Position numbers and translations under genes: made by a program. Positions 18,789 to 27,975 of a stretch of DNA of 64,000 bases are shown here, one piece after another (position 1 is the first letter of the stretch; each line of letters opens with the position of its first letter). Where the stretch lies: the NCBI GenBank assembly GCA_029572555.1, contig JAKPVM010000211.1, positions 373-64,372 of the forward strand, written 5' to 3'. The notes beneath the pieces are model-generated. The model worked only from the letters and a program-made list of their open reading frames with translations. It made no database searches and had not been told where the DNA came from. This DNA comes from Verrucomicrobiota bacterium (GTDB taxonomy: Bacteria > Verrucomicrobiota > Verrucomicrobiia > Limisphaerales > JAKPVM01).

Positions 18789-19095
18789 TTACTTCTAAAT
18801 TTGAAAAAGAATATAATTAGAATCCTTAACTCAAACTATTAATTATAACTTAATATGTCCCTCCCGAGTTTTGACAATTAGTGCGGTAAAATCAATTTTT
18901 TAAAAAATAAATCACTGTTTTTCAATGTATTATGAATTTGCATTTCTTAATTTATGAGGCGCGTCAAAAGTCGGGAAGGATACATAAAATTTACATCCTA
19001 TCTCCAATCAACTGTCTACTACCTCCTGTTTCCAGTCTACTTAAATTTTATTTATTCTTGTGTATCTTAATTTTTTCTGCTATGTTAAATTTATT

Positions 19096-19998
19096 ATGAA
19101 TAATAATCAGAATACGCAACAGATAGAACAACAAAAAGGTAAGAATGGCAAATTTAATATTCCTTTAGCCGTTGTTTCAATTATTGCAATTGTACTGTGC
19201 GTTCTTTCCATTGTTCTAAAGACTAAAATGGATGATCAAAAAGTTAAATATGATAAAGATATTGAAGATAAAAAAACAGAGTTGATAAAGACTCGCGAGA
19301 TATTGACAGAAGTGCGTGAGGTAAATACTACTCTGACGCAAACGCTTGAAAAGAAAACTAACGAGATAAGTGAGATTTCTAATATTCTGAACCAGACGCG
19401 GAAAGAATTACAGGAAACAAAGGCTCTTGCTGAGAGTAAAGAAAAGGCGCGACAGGAGGCCGAATCAAAAATACAGCAATTAACAAGTGAAAAGACTGAA
19501 TTACAAAAGCAAATTGTGACACTGAATAGTAACATTCAGGAATTAACAAATACTGTTAATATTCTGACTGGCGAGCGTGATAATTTGACAAAATATATGT
19601 CAGAACTTACTAACTCGGTAAAAAATCTTGAAAATCAGATTGCAGATGTCCAGAAGAAACTTGCGAATTCAGAAGGCGAACGTGAATTTTTATTGACAGA
19701 ATTAAAACGACTACAGGCAGAAAAAGCGGAACTTGAGCGTCAATTAAATGACCTTGCGTTTCTTAAAGAACAAGTTTCTAAATTAAAAGCAGAACTTGCA
19801 ATTGCTCGGCGATTGGAGTGGATAAGAAAGGGACTTTATGGCGATGCTAAAGGGGCGGAATTGTTAATGACTATTGGCGGACCTAAACCACAACAACCTA
19901 AAACAAATTACAATATTGAAGCTGAAATCAAAACCGATGGGACATTAAAGGTACAGTCCGGTTCCACAAATGCGCCACAACCTGCCCCAAAGAATTAG
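19096..19998 (+). CDS. single-pass membrane protein with long coiled-coil ectodomain/cytodomain
   Basis: The ORF track starts at GTG 19060. The in-frame ATG at 19096 (MNNNQNTQQ) is more plausible. One TM helix (IPLAVVSIIAIVLCVLSIVL), then ~200 aa of heptad-like E/K/L/Q-rich sequence. No recognisable family. Confidence 0.6.
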   Translation: MNNNQNTQQIEQQKGKNGKFNIPLAVVSIIAIVLCVLSIVLKTKMDDQKVKYDKDIEDKKTELIKTREILTEVREVNTTLTQTLEKKTNEISEISNILNQTRKELQETKALAESKEKARQEAESKIQQLTSEKTELQKQIVTLNSNIQELTNTVNILTGERDNLTKYMSELTNSVKNLENQIADVQKKLANSEGEREFLLTELKRLQAEKAELERQLNDLAFLKEQVSKLKAELAIARRLEWIRKGLYGDAKGAELLMTIGGPKPQQPKTNYNIEAEIKTDGTLKVQSGSTNAPQPAPKN

Positions 19999-20020
19999 GT
20001 TGTTTTAGCCTCTATTAAGA

Positions 20021-21064
20021 ATGATAAGGCTACGGTTTTGTTTTTTATTAGTTCTTTTCGCAATTGCTGCGGGATGTGCAACAAATAAGCGGGAAATTTA
20101 TGAGCCGGTAGTTTATACCTCGCCCGAGAATTCCGCACCTTATCTGAAGATTAATAGGATTTCTAACGAAAAATTAGAATTGCAGGTAGCAGTAAGACGT
20201 TTTGTTCCGCAGCAAGGTACGGGTGCAGAAATTTGGCTTGTCGGCGTAACGCATATAGGAGAATCTAACTATTATTCTAATATTCAAATGTTCCTAGATA
20301 AAATGACAGTGGTTTTATATGAGGGGGTAGGATTTAGCGAGACAAAACAAAATCAGTCAACAGAATCCCAAAATACATCCACACATAAAAATATAGCGAA
20401 GAAAAAATCAACAGATTCATCGTTTCAATCTAAGCTTGCGTATTCACTTGGACTTAGTTTTCAGCTTGATGCCATTGATTATGACAGACCAAATTTTAAG
20501 AATTGTGATATGACCGTATCTCAGCTCCAGAACGTCTTTACAGCGCAGGTTGCAACAAATAAATCTATGTCGACAGAAGGATTAAGAGAATGGGAAAAAA
20601 TAAAGCAGCTTTATCAGGGTGAGTCACTTTCAACTATATTAATGGAATATGCACTTAAGTTAATTGGTAGTAATCCCCGAATGATTGCGCTCGTAAAGAT
20701 ATTATTTATTGAAACTTTAGGCAAGATTCAGGGAGACATAAATAACTGGAGCGGATTACCGCCGGGCATCAAAGATTTGTTTCAGGTTTTAATTCAAGAG
20801 AGAAATAATTTGATAACAAGCCAGCTTAAGGAAGAATTATCTAAATGCAAAAGAAATAGTAGAATAGCCTTATTTTATGGGGCGGCGCATATGAGCGATT
20901 TGGAAAAAAGATTGGTAAAAGAACTCAATTATCGTCCACTTGACCAGATTTGGTATAAAGCATTTTCTGTTGATTTAAAGGAACACAAGGTTACTGAATT
21001 TGAGAGGACATTTATTAGTAATACGGTCGATATGGTTATTAGAGAAATGCAGGGTAAAAATTAG
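20021..21064 (+). CDS. lipoprotein, TraB/GumN-like family (tentative)
   Basis: 347 aa. Lipobox LFAIAAGC. N-terminal WLVGVTHIGESNYY...VVLYEG and C-terminal LFYGAAHM resemble the paired TraB/GumN motifs. Family assignment made by eye. Confidence 0.55.
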   Translation: MIRLRFCFLLVLFAIAAGCATNKREIYEPVVYTSPENSAPYLKINRISNEKLELQVAVRRFVPQQGTGAEIWLVGVTHIGESNYYSNIQMFLDKMTVVLYEGVGFSETKQNQSTESQNTSTHKNIAKKKSTDSSFQSKLAYSLGLSFQLDAIDYDRPNFKNCDMTVSQLQNVFTAQVATNKSMSTEGLREWEKIKQLYQGESLSTILMEYALKLIGSNPRMIALVKILFIETLGKIQGDINNWSGLPPGIKDLFQVLIQERNNLITSQLKEELSKCKRNSRIALFYGAAHMSDLEKRLVKELNYRPLDQIWYKAFSVDLKEHKVTEFERTFISNTVDMVIREMQGKN

Positions 21065-21160
21065 TATTTCGTTAATTGTAATCTTTGTTAAAAAATTTTC
21101 TCTTTATTTGAAATATTAAAAATACTGTTTAAAATGATAGTAATACTAATAAAGAAATTT

Positions 21161-22456
21161 ATGGGCAACACAGCAAGATTAGAATTGGATGGCAAGGTAT
21201 ATGAATTCCCAGTTGTAACAGGTTCTGAAAATGAAAAAGCAATAGACATAACAAAGTTAAGGGATACCACCGGTTACATTACTTTTGACGATGGGTATGC
21301 AAATACCGGTTCGTGTGTTAGCAATATAACATTTATAGACGGAGAAAAGGGTGTTCTAAGATACAGGGGAATTCCCATTGAAGAACTTGCTGAAAAATCA
21401 ACATTTGTAGAAACTGCCTATCTTTTGATTTACGGACATTTACCAACAAAGAAGGAACTTCAAAACTTTTCGAATTTACTTACACAGAATCAATTTCTCC
21501 ACGAAGATATGAAATATCATTTTGAGGGATTTTCTGCTGGTGCGCATCCAATGGCAATACTATCTGCGATGATTAATGCGAGCAGTTGTTTTTATCCGGG
21601 TTTAATGTTAGGGCGTCCATTCCCAGAGAGATTTGATATTCACGCAGCGCGTCTTATTTCACAGGTTAGAACGATTGCAGCTTTTTCTTATAGAAAATCT
21701 CGGGGTTTGCCAATTATTTATCCTAAAAAAACATTGAAATATACCGCAAACTTTTTACACATGATGTTCTCCGACGTTTATGAGGATTATGAATTGAAGC
21801 CCGAAGTTGTCCATGCGCTTGACTTAATATTTTTATTACATGCCGACCACGAACAAAATTGTTCTACTTCTACTGTGAGGATGGTGGCTTCAAGTCAGGC
21901 GAATCTATTTGCTTGCGCTGCTGCTGGCGTGTGTGCCTTGTGGGGACCGTTACACGGCGGGGCAAATCAGGCTGTAATCAAGATGCTTGAGGAAATAAGA
22001 GAAGCCGGTGACGACGGTTCTAAATTTATTTCTGAGGTCAAAAGTAAAACCAGTGGAAAACGATTGATGGGATTTGGACACAGGATTTACAAAAATTATG
22101 ACCCCCGGGCAAAGATTATAAAGAAAGTTTGTGATGACTTATTAAAGACGCTAAATAGGGTTGATCCTCTGCTTGATATTGCTAAAAAACTTGAAGAAAC
22201 TGCTCTTAAAGATTCTTATTTTATTGAACGCAGGCTTTATCCAAATGTAGATTTTTATAGCGGGATAATTATGCGAGCAGTAGGAATACCCACCGAAATG
22301 TTCACGGTTATTTTTGCAATTGGTAGGACTCCGGGTTGGATAGCTAACTTTAAAGAGATTATGGATAATCCTAAATGCCGCATCTATCGTCCAAGACAAA
22401 TTTATAATGGAAAAACTGTAAATCACTATATGCCAATTGAGGAAAGAGGAGAATAG
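21161..22456 (+). CDS. gltA: citrate synthase
   Basis: [33 protein letters not shown] is a typical N-terminus. Also [20 protein letters not shown] and [14 protein letters not shown] signatures. An alternative upstream ATG at 21134 adds 9 aa. Confidence 0.9.
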   Translation: MGNTARLELDGKVYEFPVVTGSENEKAIDITKLRDTTGYITFDDGYANTGSCVSNITFIDGEKGVLRYRGIPIEELAEKSTFVETAYLLIYGHLPTKKELQNFSNLLTQNQFLHEDMKYHFEGFSAGAHPMAILSAMINASSCFYPGLMLGRPFPERFDIHAARLISQVRTIAAFSYRKSRGLPIIYPKKTLKYTANFLHMMFSDVYEDYELKPEVVHALDLIFLLHADHEQNCSTSTVRMVASSQANLFACAAAGVCALWGPLHGGANQAVIKMLEEIREAGDDGSKFISEVKSKTSGKRLMGFGHRIYKNYDPRAKIIKKVCDDLLKTLNRVDPLLDIAKKLEETALKDSYFIERRLYPNVDFYSGIIMRAVGIPTEMFTVIFAIGRTPGWIANFKEIMDNPKCRIYRPRQIYNGKTVNHYMPIEERGE

Positions 22457-22506
22457 GATATATATGAATAAAACAGCGATAGGCTGTTTACAATGTTAAA
22501 GTTGTA

Positions 22507-24048
22507 TTATTCCCACTCAATTGTACCGGGTGGTTTACTTGTGATGTCAAAAACGCAACGGTTAACCCCCTGAACTTCATTTACTATGCGACTTGAAAGT
22601 TTTTCCAATATCTCATAAGGTAGTTTTACCCAATCGGCTGTCATACCATCTTGCGAATCTACTGCTCGGATTGCGATTGTGTAGTCATAAGTTCGTTCGT
22701 CGCCCATTACTCCGACACTCCTCACAGGAATTAAAACTGCAAAACTTTGCCAGATTTTATAGTACCATCCGCTATTTTTCATTTCTTCAACCACAATCCA
22801 ATCTGCATTTCGCAAAATCTCGAGCCGTTCAGAGTTTACCTCTCCGACAATTCTTACGGCAAGTCCTGGGCCGGGAAATGGTTGACGATAGACAATTTCA
22901 CGTGGCAGTCCAAGTTCAATACCAAGCTGGCGCACTTCATCTTTGAAAAGGCATTTGAGTGGCTCAACAAGTTCAAACTTCATCCGTTTTGGCAAACCAC
23001 CAACGTTATGATGGCTTTTTATTAAAGATGCGGGATTTCCACCAATCGGGACGGATTCTATGACGTCAGGGTAAAGTGTGCCTTGCGCAAGAAATTTGGC
23101 TTTACCGACTTTTTTTGTTGCAGATTCAAATACTTCTATAAATGTTTTTCCAATAATCTTTCGTTTTTTTTCAGGATCTTTAACTCCTTTAAGCCTTTTG
23201 AGAAAAATATCAGTGGCATCTTCATAAACCAACTTTATCTTAAAATTCTGAACAAAGACCTGCTGGACAAATTCGGATTCTTTTGCTCTTAAAAGGCCGT
23301 TATTGACAAAAATACAGGTTAATTGGTCGCCAATAGCTTTATGTATCAAGGCTGTTGCAACGCTTGAATCAACTCCACCACTGAGCCCAAGGATTACATT
23401 TTCATTGCCGACTTGTTGTTGAATTTGCGAAACAGCCTGGTCTATGTAATTGCGCATTGTCCAGTTTTTGTCGCAACCGCAAATTTGATGTACAAAATTT
23501 GATAGGATTTCTTTTCCTCTTGGGGTGTGAACGACTTCGGGGTGGAATTGTAGACCGAATATTTTTTTGGCTGGGTATTCAATTGCGGCATAGTCAGAGT
23601 TTTCGGTAATTCCGACAACTACAAAGCCTTCTGGCAAAGCCGTTAATTTGTCTCCGTGTGAATTCCAGACAACAAGATTGTTAGGAAGATTTTTAAATAA
23701 TAGACAGGCATCATCTACTACCGTTAAATTGGTTTTCCCATATTCGCGTTTTAATCCCTTTTCAACCTTACCTCCAAGAAAATGAGCAATTAATTGCATT
23801 CCATAGCAAATACCCAGTATTGGGACGCCTAATTCAAAAATATTTTTATCTAGAAGTGGGGCATTAGCATCACAAACGCTTGCTGGTCCGCCGGATAATA
23901 TAATGCCTTTTGGATAAATTTTCGCGATTTTTTTAGCAGGAGTGTCAAATCGCAATATTGTTGAATAGACATTGCATTCTCGAATTCTCCTTGCAATTAC
24001 TTGAGTATATTGAGAACCAAAATCGAGAATTACGATTGTATCTGCCAT
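22507..24048 (-). CDS. guaA: glutamine-hydrolysing GMP synthase
   Basis: 513 aa. GATase domain ([20 protein letters not shown]), ATP-PPase loop [11 protein letters not shown]-terminal dimerisation domain ending PPGTIEWE. Confidence 0.95.
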   Translation of the reverse strand: MADTIVILDFGSQYTQVIARRIRECNVYSTILRFDTPAKKIAKIYPKGIILSGGPASVCDANAPLLDKNIFELGVPILGICYGMQLIAHFLGGKVEKGLKREYGKTNLTVVDDACLLFKNLPNNLVVWNSHGDKLTALPEGFVVVGITENSDYAAIEYPAKKIFGLQFHPEVVHTPRGKEILSNFVHQICGCDKNWTMRNYIDQAVSQIQQQVGNENVILGLSGGVDSSVATALIHKAIGDQLTCIFVNNGLLRAKESEFVQQVFVQNFKIKLVYEDATDIFLKRLKGVKDPEKKRKIIGKTFIEVFESATKKVGKAKFLAQGTLYPDVIESVPIGGNPASLIKSHHNVGGLPKRMKFELVEPLKCLFKDEVRQLGIELGLPREIVYRQPFPGPGLAVRIVGEVNSERLEILRNADWIVVEEMKNSGWYYKIWQSFAVLIPVRSVGVMGDERTYDYTIAIRAVDSQDGMTADWVKLPYEILEKLSSRIVNEVQGVNRCVFDITSKPPGTIEWE

Positions 24049-24070
24049 AGATGTTGAGCAGTAATCAGGA

Positions 24071-24433
24071 TTATTTATTTTCCATAACTATTTTGACCTC
24101 AGCAGTTTTTGCGTCGTATTCAATTCGCATTCCTGTAGGAGGTTGTGGAATGGAAGGTAAATATTTTTCCGTAACAAGTTCCTTTAAGTCTTTTGGAAAA
24201 CGTCCTTCATTTGCCTCAAAATCCTTTATCGCCTTTTTTATATTGGCAAGGTCAAGGGTTTTATCGGAATATTTTTTTGCCTTAGCCACTGCCCCCAAAT
24301 AATCAGCCGGCGCTGTTACAGGATTCCCGCTGGAAAAGTTTGTTTGTTGTGATTTAGATTCTGCATCTGATTTCTTTCCACATCCGCAGAAAATGAAAAT
24401 CGCTACTACTAATAGTGTAAATAATATCTTCAT
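24071..24433 (-). CDS. small lipoprotein, unknown function
   Basis: The ORF track begins at 24520. The internal ATG at 24433 gives [21 protein letters not shown], a clean lipoprotein signal plus lipobox. 120 aa from that start. Confidence 0.55.
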   Translation of the reverse strand: MKILFTLLVVAIFIFCGCGKKSDAESKSQQTNFSSGNPVTAPADYLGAVAKAKKYSDKTLDLANIKKAIKDFEANEGRFPKDLKELVTEKYLPSIPQPPTGMRIEYDAKTAEVKIVMENK

Positions 24434-24538
24434 AGTTATAAAAATATAACTTTTAGGGTCATTTAACAAGTAATAAATAATTAAAATAAAATTGATTCGA
24501 ATATTAAAATATGACGTCATATTATATAATAAATAGCT

Positions 24539-25957
24539 ATGAAAAAATTAACCAGACGTCGGTTTTTATTAACTTCTGCTACGACTCTTGCGTTCACAAG
24601 TTTAGCCCCTCGTTCGTGGTCCCAAGTAGTTGGAGCAAATGAGGACATTCGAATCGCTGTAATTGGTGTTAATGGCAGAGGGGCATCGCACATCAACGAG
24701 TTTAAAAAAATAAAGGGGGTTAGAATCGTTGCCCTTTGCGATGTGGATTTGAAGGTCCTTGATGGGCGAGCGAAAAATTTGGCTGGAGTAAAAAAATATC
24801 AGGACTTCAGAAAACTGCTTGAGGATAAAGAAATTGACGCTGTTTCAATAGCAACGACAAATCATTCGCATTCTTTGATTACTGTCTCTGCGTGTCAGGC
24901 AGAAAAAGATGTATATGTGGAGAAACCTTGCAGTCATAATGTTTTTGAAGGACGTAAATGCGTGGAGGCAGCGCGTAAATATAAGCGAATTGTCCAACAC
25001 GGTACACAAAAGCGCGGGAGTGCAAGTTTTAATCAGCTCGCTACAATTGTTAAAAATGAACGATATGGAAAACTTCTCGTTGCTAAAGGATATTGTTGCA
25101 AACCAAGATGGAGTATAGGTTTTAAACCGGTTAAAGACCCGCCGCCCAATCTTGATTTTGACATCTGGCTTGGTCCAGCTCCAAAACAACCATACCATGA
25201 AAACCTTGTTCATTATAACTGGCATTGGTTCTGGGACTTTGGTAATGGGGATATTGGTAATCAAGGTGTTCACGAAATGGATGTTGCTCGATGGGTTTCC
25301 GGTGTTACCTTGCCAAAGAGTGTTATCAGTCTTGGTGGACGTTATGTGAATGAGCCTGACTATAAGGACCAAGGGCAAACACCAAACCAGATGGTTGCGG
25401 TATATGATTTTGGGGGTTTGTTGATACTTTTTGAAGTGCGCGGTCTTGTCGGCAAGGACCCGAAATGGCAGCCTAAAGTAGCAAATGAATTTTACTTTGA
25501 ACAGGGTGTTATAAGAGGAAACAAGTTTTATCCAAAGAATTCAAATGAAGGTGAACCTTTACCAAAGGTTGATGGCAGCGTGAACGAAGGTGGGGTATTC
25601 AGTAATTTTATTGACTGCGTTAGATCGCGGAAGCAGGAGAACTTAAATGCGGATATTCTTCAGGGACATTTATCAAGCGCATTGTGTCACCTCGGTAACA
25701 TATCATATCGTCTTGCTAACGAGAAACGATTTGAAAAACCATCCGATTTTAGTGATAATGAAGTTGTCGGCGAAAGTATTATGATGGCGTTGGAAAATAC
25801 TAAGGCTATCGGTGTTGACCCTCAAAAGGCTACACTATGGATAGGTCCTAAATTGTTTTTCAATCCCGAGAAAGAAAAATTTATCAATAACCCTATTGCT
25901 GATAAACTTTTAACTCGTGAATATCGTGTCCCATTCATTGTCCCGGAGAAGGTGTAA
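24539..25957 (+). CDS. Tat-signal Gfo/Idh/MocA family oxidoreductase
   Basis: 472 aa. Twin-arginine leader TRRRFLLTSATTLAF, Rossmann IAVIGVNGRGASH, EKP motif (VYVEKP). Confidence 0.85.
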   Translation: MKKLTRRRFLLTSATTLAFTSLAPRSWSQVVGANEDIRIAVIGVNGRGASHINEFKKIKGVRIVALCDVDLKVLDGRAKNLAGVKKYQDFRKLLEDKEIDAVSIATTNHSHSLITVSACQAEKDVYVEKPCSHNVFEGRKCVEAARKYKRIVQHGTQKRGSASFNQLATIVKNERYGKLLVAKGYCCKPRWSIGFKPVKDPPPNLDFDIWLGPAPKQPYHENLVHYNWHWFWDFGNGDIGNQGVHEMDVARWVSGVTLPKSVISLGGRYVNEPDYKDQGQTPNQMVAVYDFGGLLILFEVRGLVGKDPKWQPKVANEFYFEQGVIRGNKFYPKNSNEGEPLPKVDGSVNEGGVFSNFIDCVRSRKQENLNADILQGHLSSALCHLGNISYRLANEKRFEKPSDFSDNEVVGESIMMALENTKAIGVDPQKATLWIGPKLFFNPEKEKFINNPIADKLLTREYRVPFIVPEKV

Positions 25958-25984
25958 GTTTATTTTACAATCTAACAGGAAAGT

Positions 25985-26473
25985 TTAGACAAGGTTTTGT
26001 TCAACTTCTCGTATTATTAATATAACCTTTTCTGGGGTGGTTGCTGTTAAAAGATTTTTTGTTACACCCACCTGTCTCAAAATGCGACTTATCCTTGCCA
26101 AAATATGAAGATGCTGGGTCACATTGGGGGCGACAATTAAGAAAAAAAGTTTTGCAGGTTCTCCGTCTATTGAACCAAATGGTATTCCTTCTTTATGGCG
26201 TCCGAATACAATTACCGATCTATCGACAAGTCCAACCAGTGCGTTTCTTGCATGGGGTAGGGCAATACCATCGCCAATTCCTGTGCTATGAAGTTTTTCC
26301 CGTTCAAGTATAGCGCGAAATAGCGTCTCACTTGCATCAGGACGATTTTTTATTTCCGGGATTTTGCTTACCAGCGCCCGCAAAACCTCATCTTTTTGAT
26401 TTTGTTTCAGATTTAACTCAATTGTTTCTGGCGATAATAAGTCGCTTATCAAGATTTTTTGACTTTCTTCCAT
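25985..26473 (-). CDS. ptsN: PTS EIIA(Ntr/fructose)-type regulatory protein
   Basis: The ORF track start at 26497 is a TTG. The ATG at 26473 gives MEESQKILISDLLSPETIELNL. Active-site region HSTGIGDGIALPHAR (phospho-His) is conserved. Confidence 0.7.
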   Translation of the reverse strand: MEESQKILISDLLSPETIELNLKQNQKDEVLRALVSKIPEIKNRPDASETLFRAILEREKLHSTGIGDGIALPHARNALVGLVDRSVIVFGRHKEGIPFGSIDGEPAKLFFLIVAPNVTQHLHILARISRILRQVGVTKNLLTATTPEKVILIIREVEQNLV

Positions 26474-26562
26474 ATTATTAAAATAAAGATGCAACAAAAA
26501 TTAAAATTTATCAAAGCAATTTGTTGCAATTTGAAATTAAATATGCAAGATTTCATTTTAGT

Positions 26563-26638
26563 GGGCGCTTGGCGCAGAGGCTAGCGCGTCTCGTTTACAC
26601 CGAGTAGGTCGCAGGTTCAAGTCCTGCAGCGCCCACCA
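26563..26638 (+). tRNA. tRNA-Val (anticodon UAC), CCA encoded
   Basis: Manual cloverleaf. Acceptor GGGCGCT / AGCGCCC, D arm GCGC..GCGC, anticodon loop TTTACAC (TAC at 26596-26598). T arm GCAGG-TTCAAGT-CCTGC, discriminator A, CCA at 26636-26638. Confidence 0.9.
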
Positions 26639-26712
26639 TTTTGAATTCAAAACCAACAAAATACGTCAAATCTAATAGTAATAGTTTAAATCTTCAACAG
26701 TTGAGGTGATAG

Positions 26713-27402
26713 ATGAATGTTGGCAGAAAAAACAATATAGGTTTTACACTGATTGAACTTCTTGTCGTAATTGCTATAATTGCAATACTTGCCAGTATGT
26801 TACTGCCTGCACTTGCACGTGCTAAAGAATCTGCCCGTAAGATTAGTTGTTTGAATAACTTACGACAATTGGGAACTGCTTTGAGGATGTATGTGGATGA
26901 CAACGACTATAGATTTCCGCCAAACCGAATGACTAACCGCTGGTCTAATCTTATGTATTCATATTATCAAAACCTTAAGATACTCGTTTGTCCGTCTGAT
27001 AGCGCTGAACCTAAAACTGCATCGCCTTCCGAAGCTTATAATTTGAAACCTGATTATTCGCCGCGCAGCTATGTGATGAATGGGTGGGATGATTATTACA
27101 TCTATAATGATATGAAAATTCCAGTGGAGGTTACGATTAAAGAATCGCTTGTTCATTATCCAAGCGATACGATTGCAATGGGTGAAAAATTAACCGAAGA
27201 ATGGGATTTTTATGTCGATATAGTTAGCGTCGATGATCTCCGCATTATTGACCAGTGGCGACATTTTAATGGTGGAAATTATCTGTTTATTGATGGAAGT
27301 GTAAGATGGCTAAAGTGTGGAAAGAGTCTTTCGCCGATTAATTTATGGGGTGTAACTGATGCTTGCAGGAATGTCCCGATGGTAGTAGAACCAGCAAAAT
27401 AG
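26713..27402 (+). CDS. prepilin-type N-terminal cleavage/methylation domain protein with H-X9-DG C-terminal motif (DUF1559-like pseudopilin)
   Basis: 229 aa. [30 protein letters not shown] is the prepilin methylation motif plus conserved helix. [16 protein letters not shown] is an exact H-X9-DG motif. Confidence 0.85.
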   Translation: MNVGRKNNIGFTLIELLVVIAIIAILASMLLPALARAKESARKISCLNNLRQLGTALRMYVDDNDYRFPPNRMTNRWSNLMYSYYQNLKILVCPSDSAEPKTASPSEAYNLKPDYSPRSYVMNGWDDYYIYNDMKIPVEVTIKESLVHYPSDTIAMGEKLTEEWDFYVDIVSVDDLRIIDQWRHFNGGNYLFIDGSVRWLKCGKSLSPINLWGVTDACRNVPMVVEPAK

Positions 27403-27455
27403 AAAACGGCCTCTTTCTAAACCAGTTGGCTTAAATGAGACCGTTTTTATTTTTC
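27403..27455. terminator. candidate bidirectional terminator hairpin
   Basis: aaaacggcctc (27403-27413) pairs with gagaccgtttt (27437-27447), 10 of 11 bp, with a 23-nt loop, followed by tttttatttttc. It lies between the convergent genes ending at 27402 and 27463. The long loop lowers confidence. Confidence 0.4.
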
Positions 27456-27462
27456 TAAATAA

Positions 27463-27771
27463 TTAGAATCGATTCCAGTTTCCGCGACGTCCGCCACGGT
27501 TTCTGTCGTTGTTGGGACGCTCTTCGCGTGGACGGGCAAGATTAACTGTTAATTGCCGATCGTGAAAGGTATTTCCATTCATTCCTTCGATAGCTTTTTG
27601 GGCTTCTTCAGGACTGCTCATAGTTACAAATGCAAAACCTCGTGAACGACCGCTTGCTCTATCTACCATTAGGTTTGTTTCAGTGACCGTACCAAATGCT
27701 GAAAACGCATCGTGAAGGTCATTTTCCGTAGTTTTGTAGGCTAAATTTCCTACAAATAATTTAGTACTCAT
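27463..27771 (-). CDS. RRM-type RNA-binding protein with Arg/Gly-rich tail
   Basis: 102 aa. RNP-2 KLFVGNL and RNP-1 RGFAFVTM. C-terminal RPNNDRNRGGRRGNWNRF. Confidence 0.9.
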   Translation of the reverse strand: MSTKLFVGNLAYKTTENDLHDAFSAFGTVTETNLMVDRASGRSRGFAFVTMSSPEEAQKAIEGMNGNTFHDRQLTVNLARPREERPNNDRNRGGRRGNWNRF

Positions 27772-27975
27772 TTATTATTTACCATTATTCCAATGAAGAT
27801 TAATCTTTGCGAGGCTGTTCCCGACCATCGGGTTTCGGACTGCCTTTAACTGAACGTTTTCCTATTGGCTGTCCACCATACCCTCGTGATTATCCATCAA
27901 GGAATGTTATCATATTCAGCTACATAACAAAGAAATGCAAGAAAAATTTTAATTTATTTTAATTTCAAAATTTCA

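Noticed and set aside
22471-22489. Short hairpin aaacagc-gatag-gctgttt between convergent gltA and guaA, considered as a terminator.
   Set aside because: The stem is only 7 bp and AU-rich, with no clear flanking U-tract on either strand. It is too weak to call.
24051-24302. 83-aa plus-strand ORF just after guaA.
   Set aside because: It is antisense to the better-supported lipoprotein gene (24071-24433), which has a signal peptide and lipobox. No motif.
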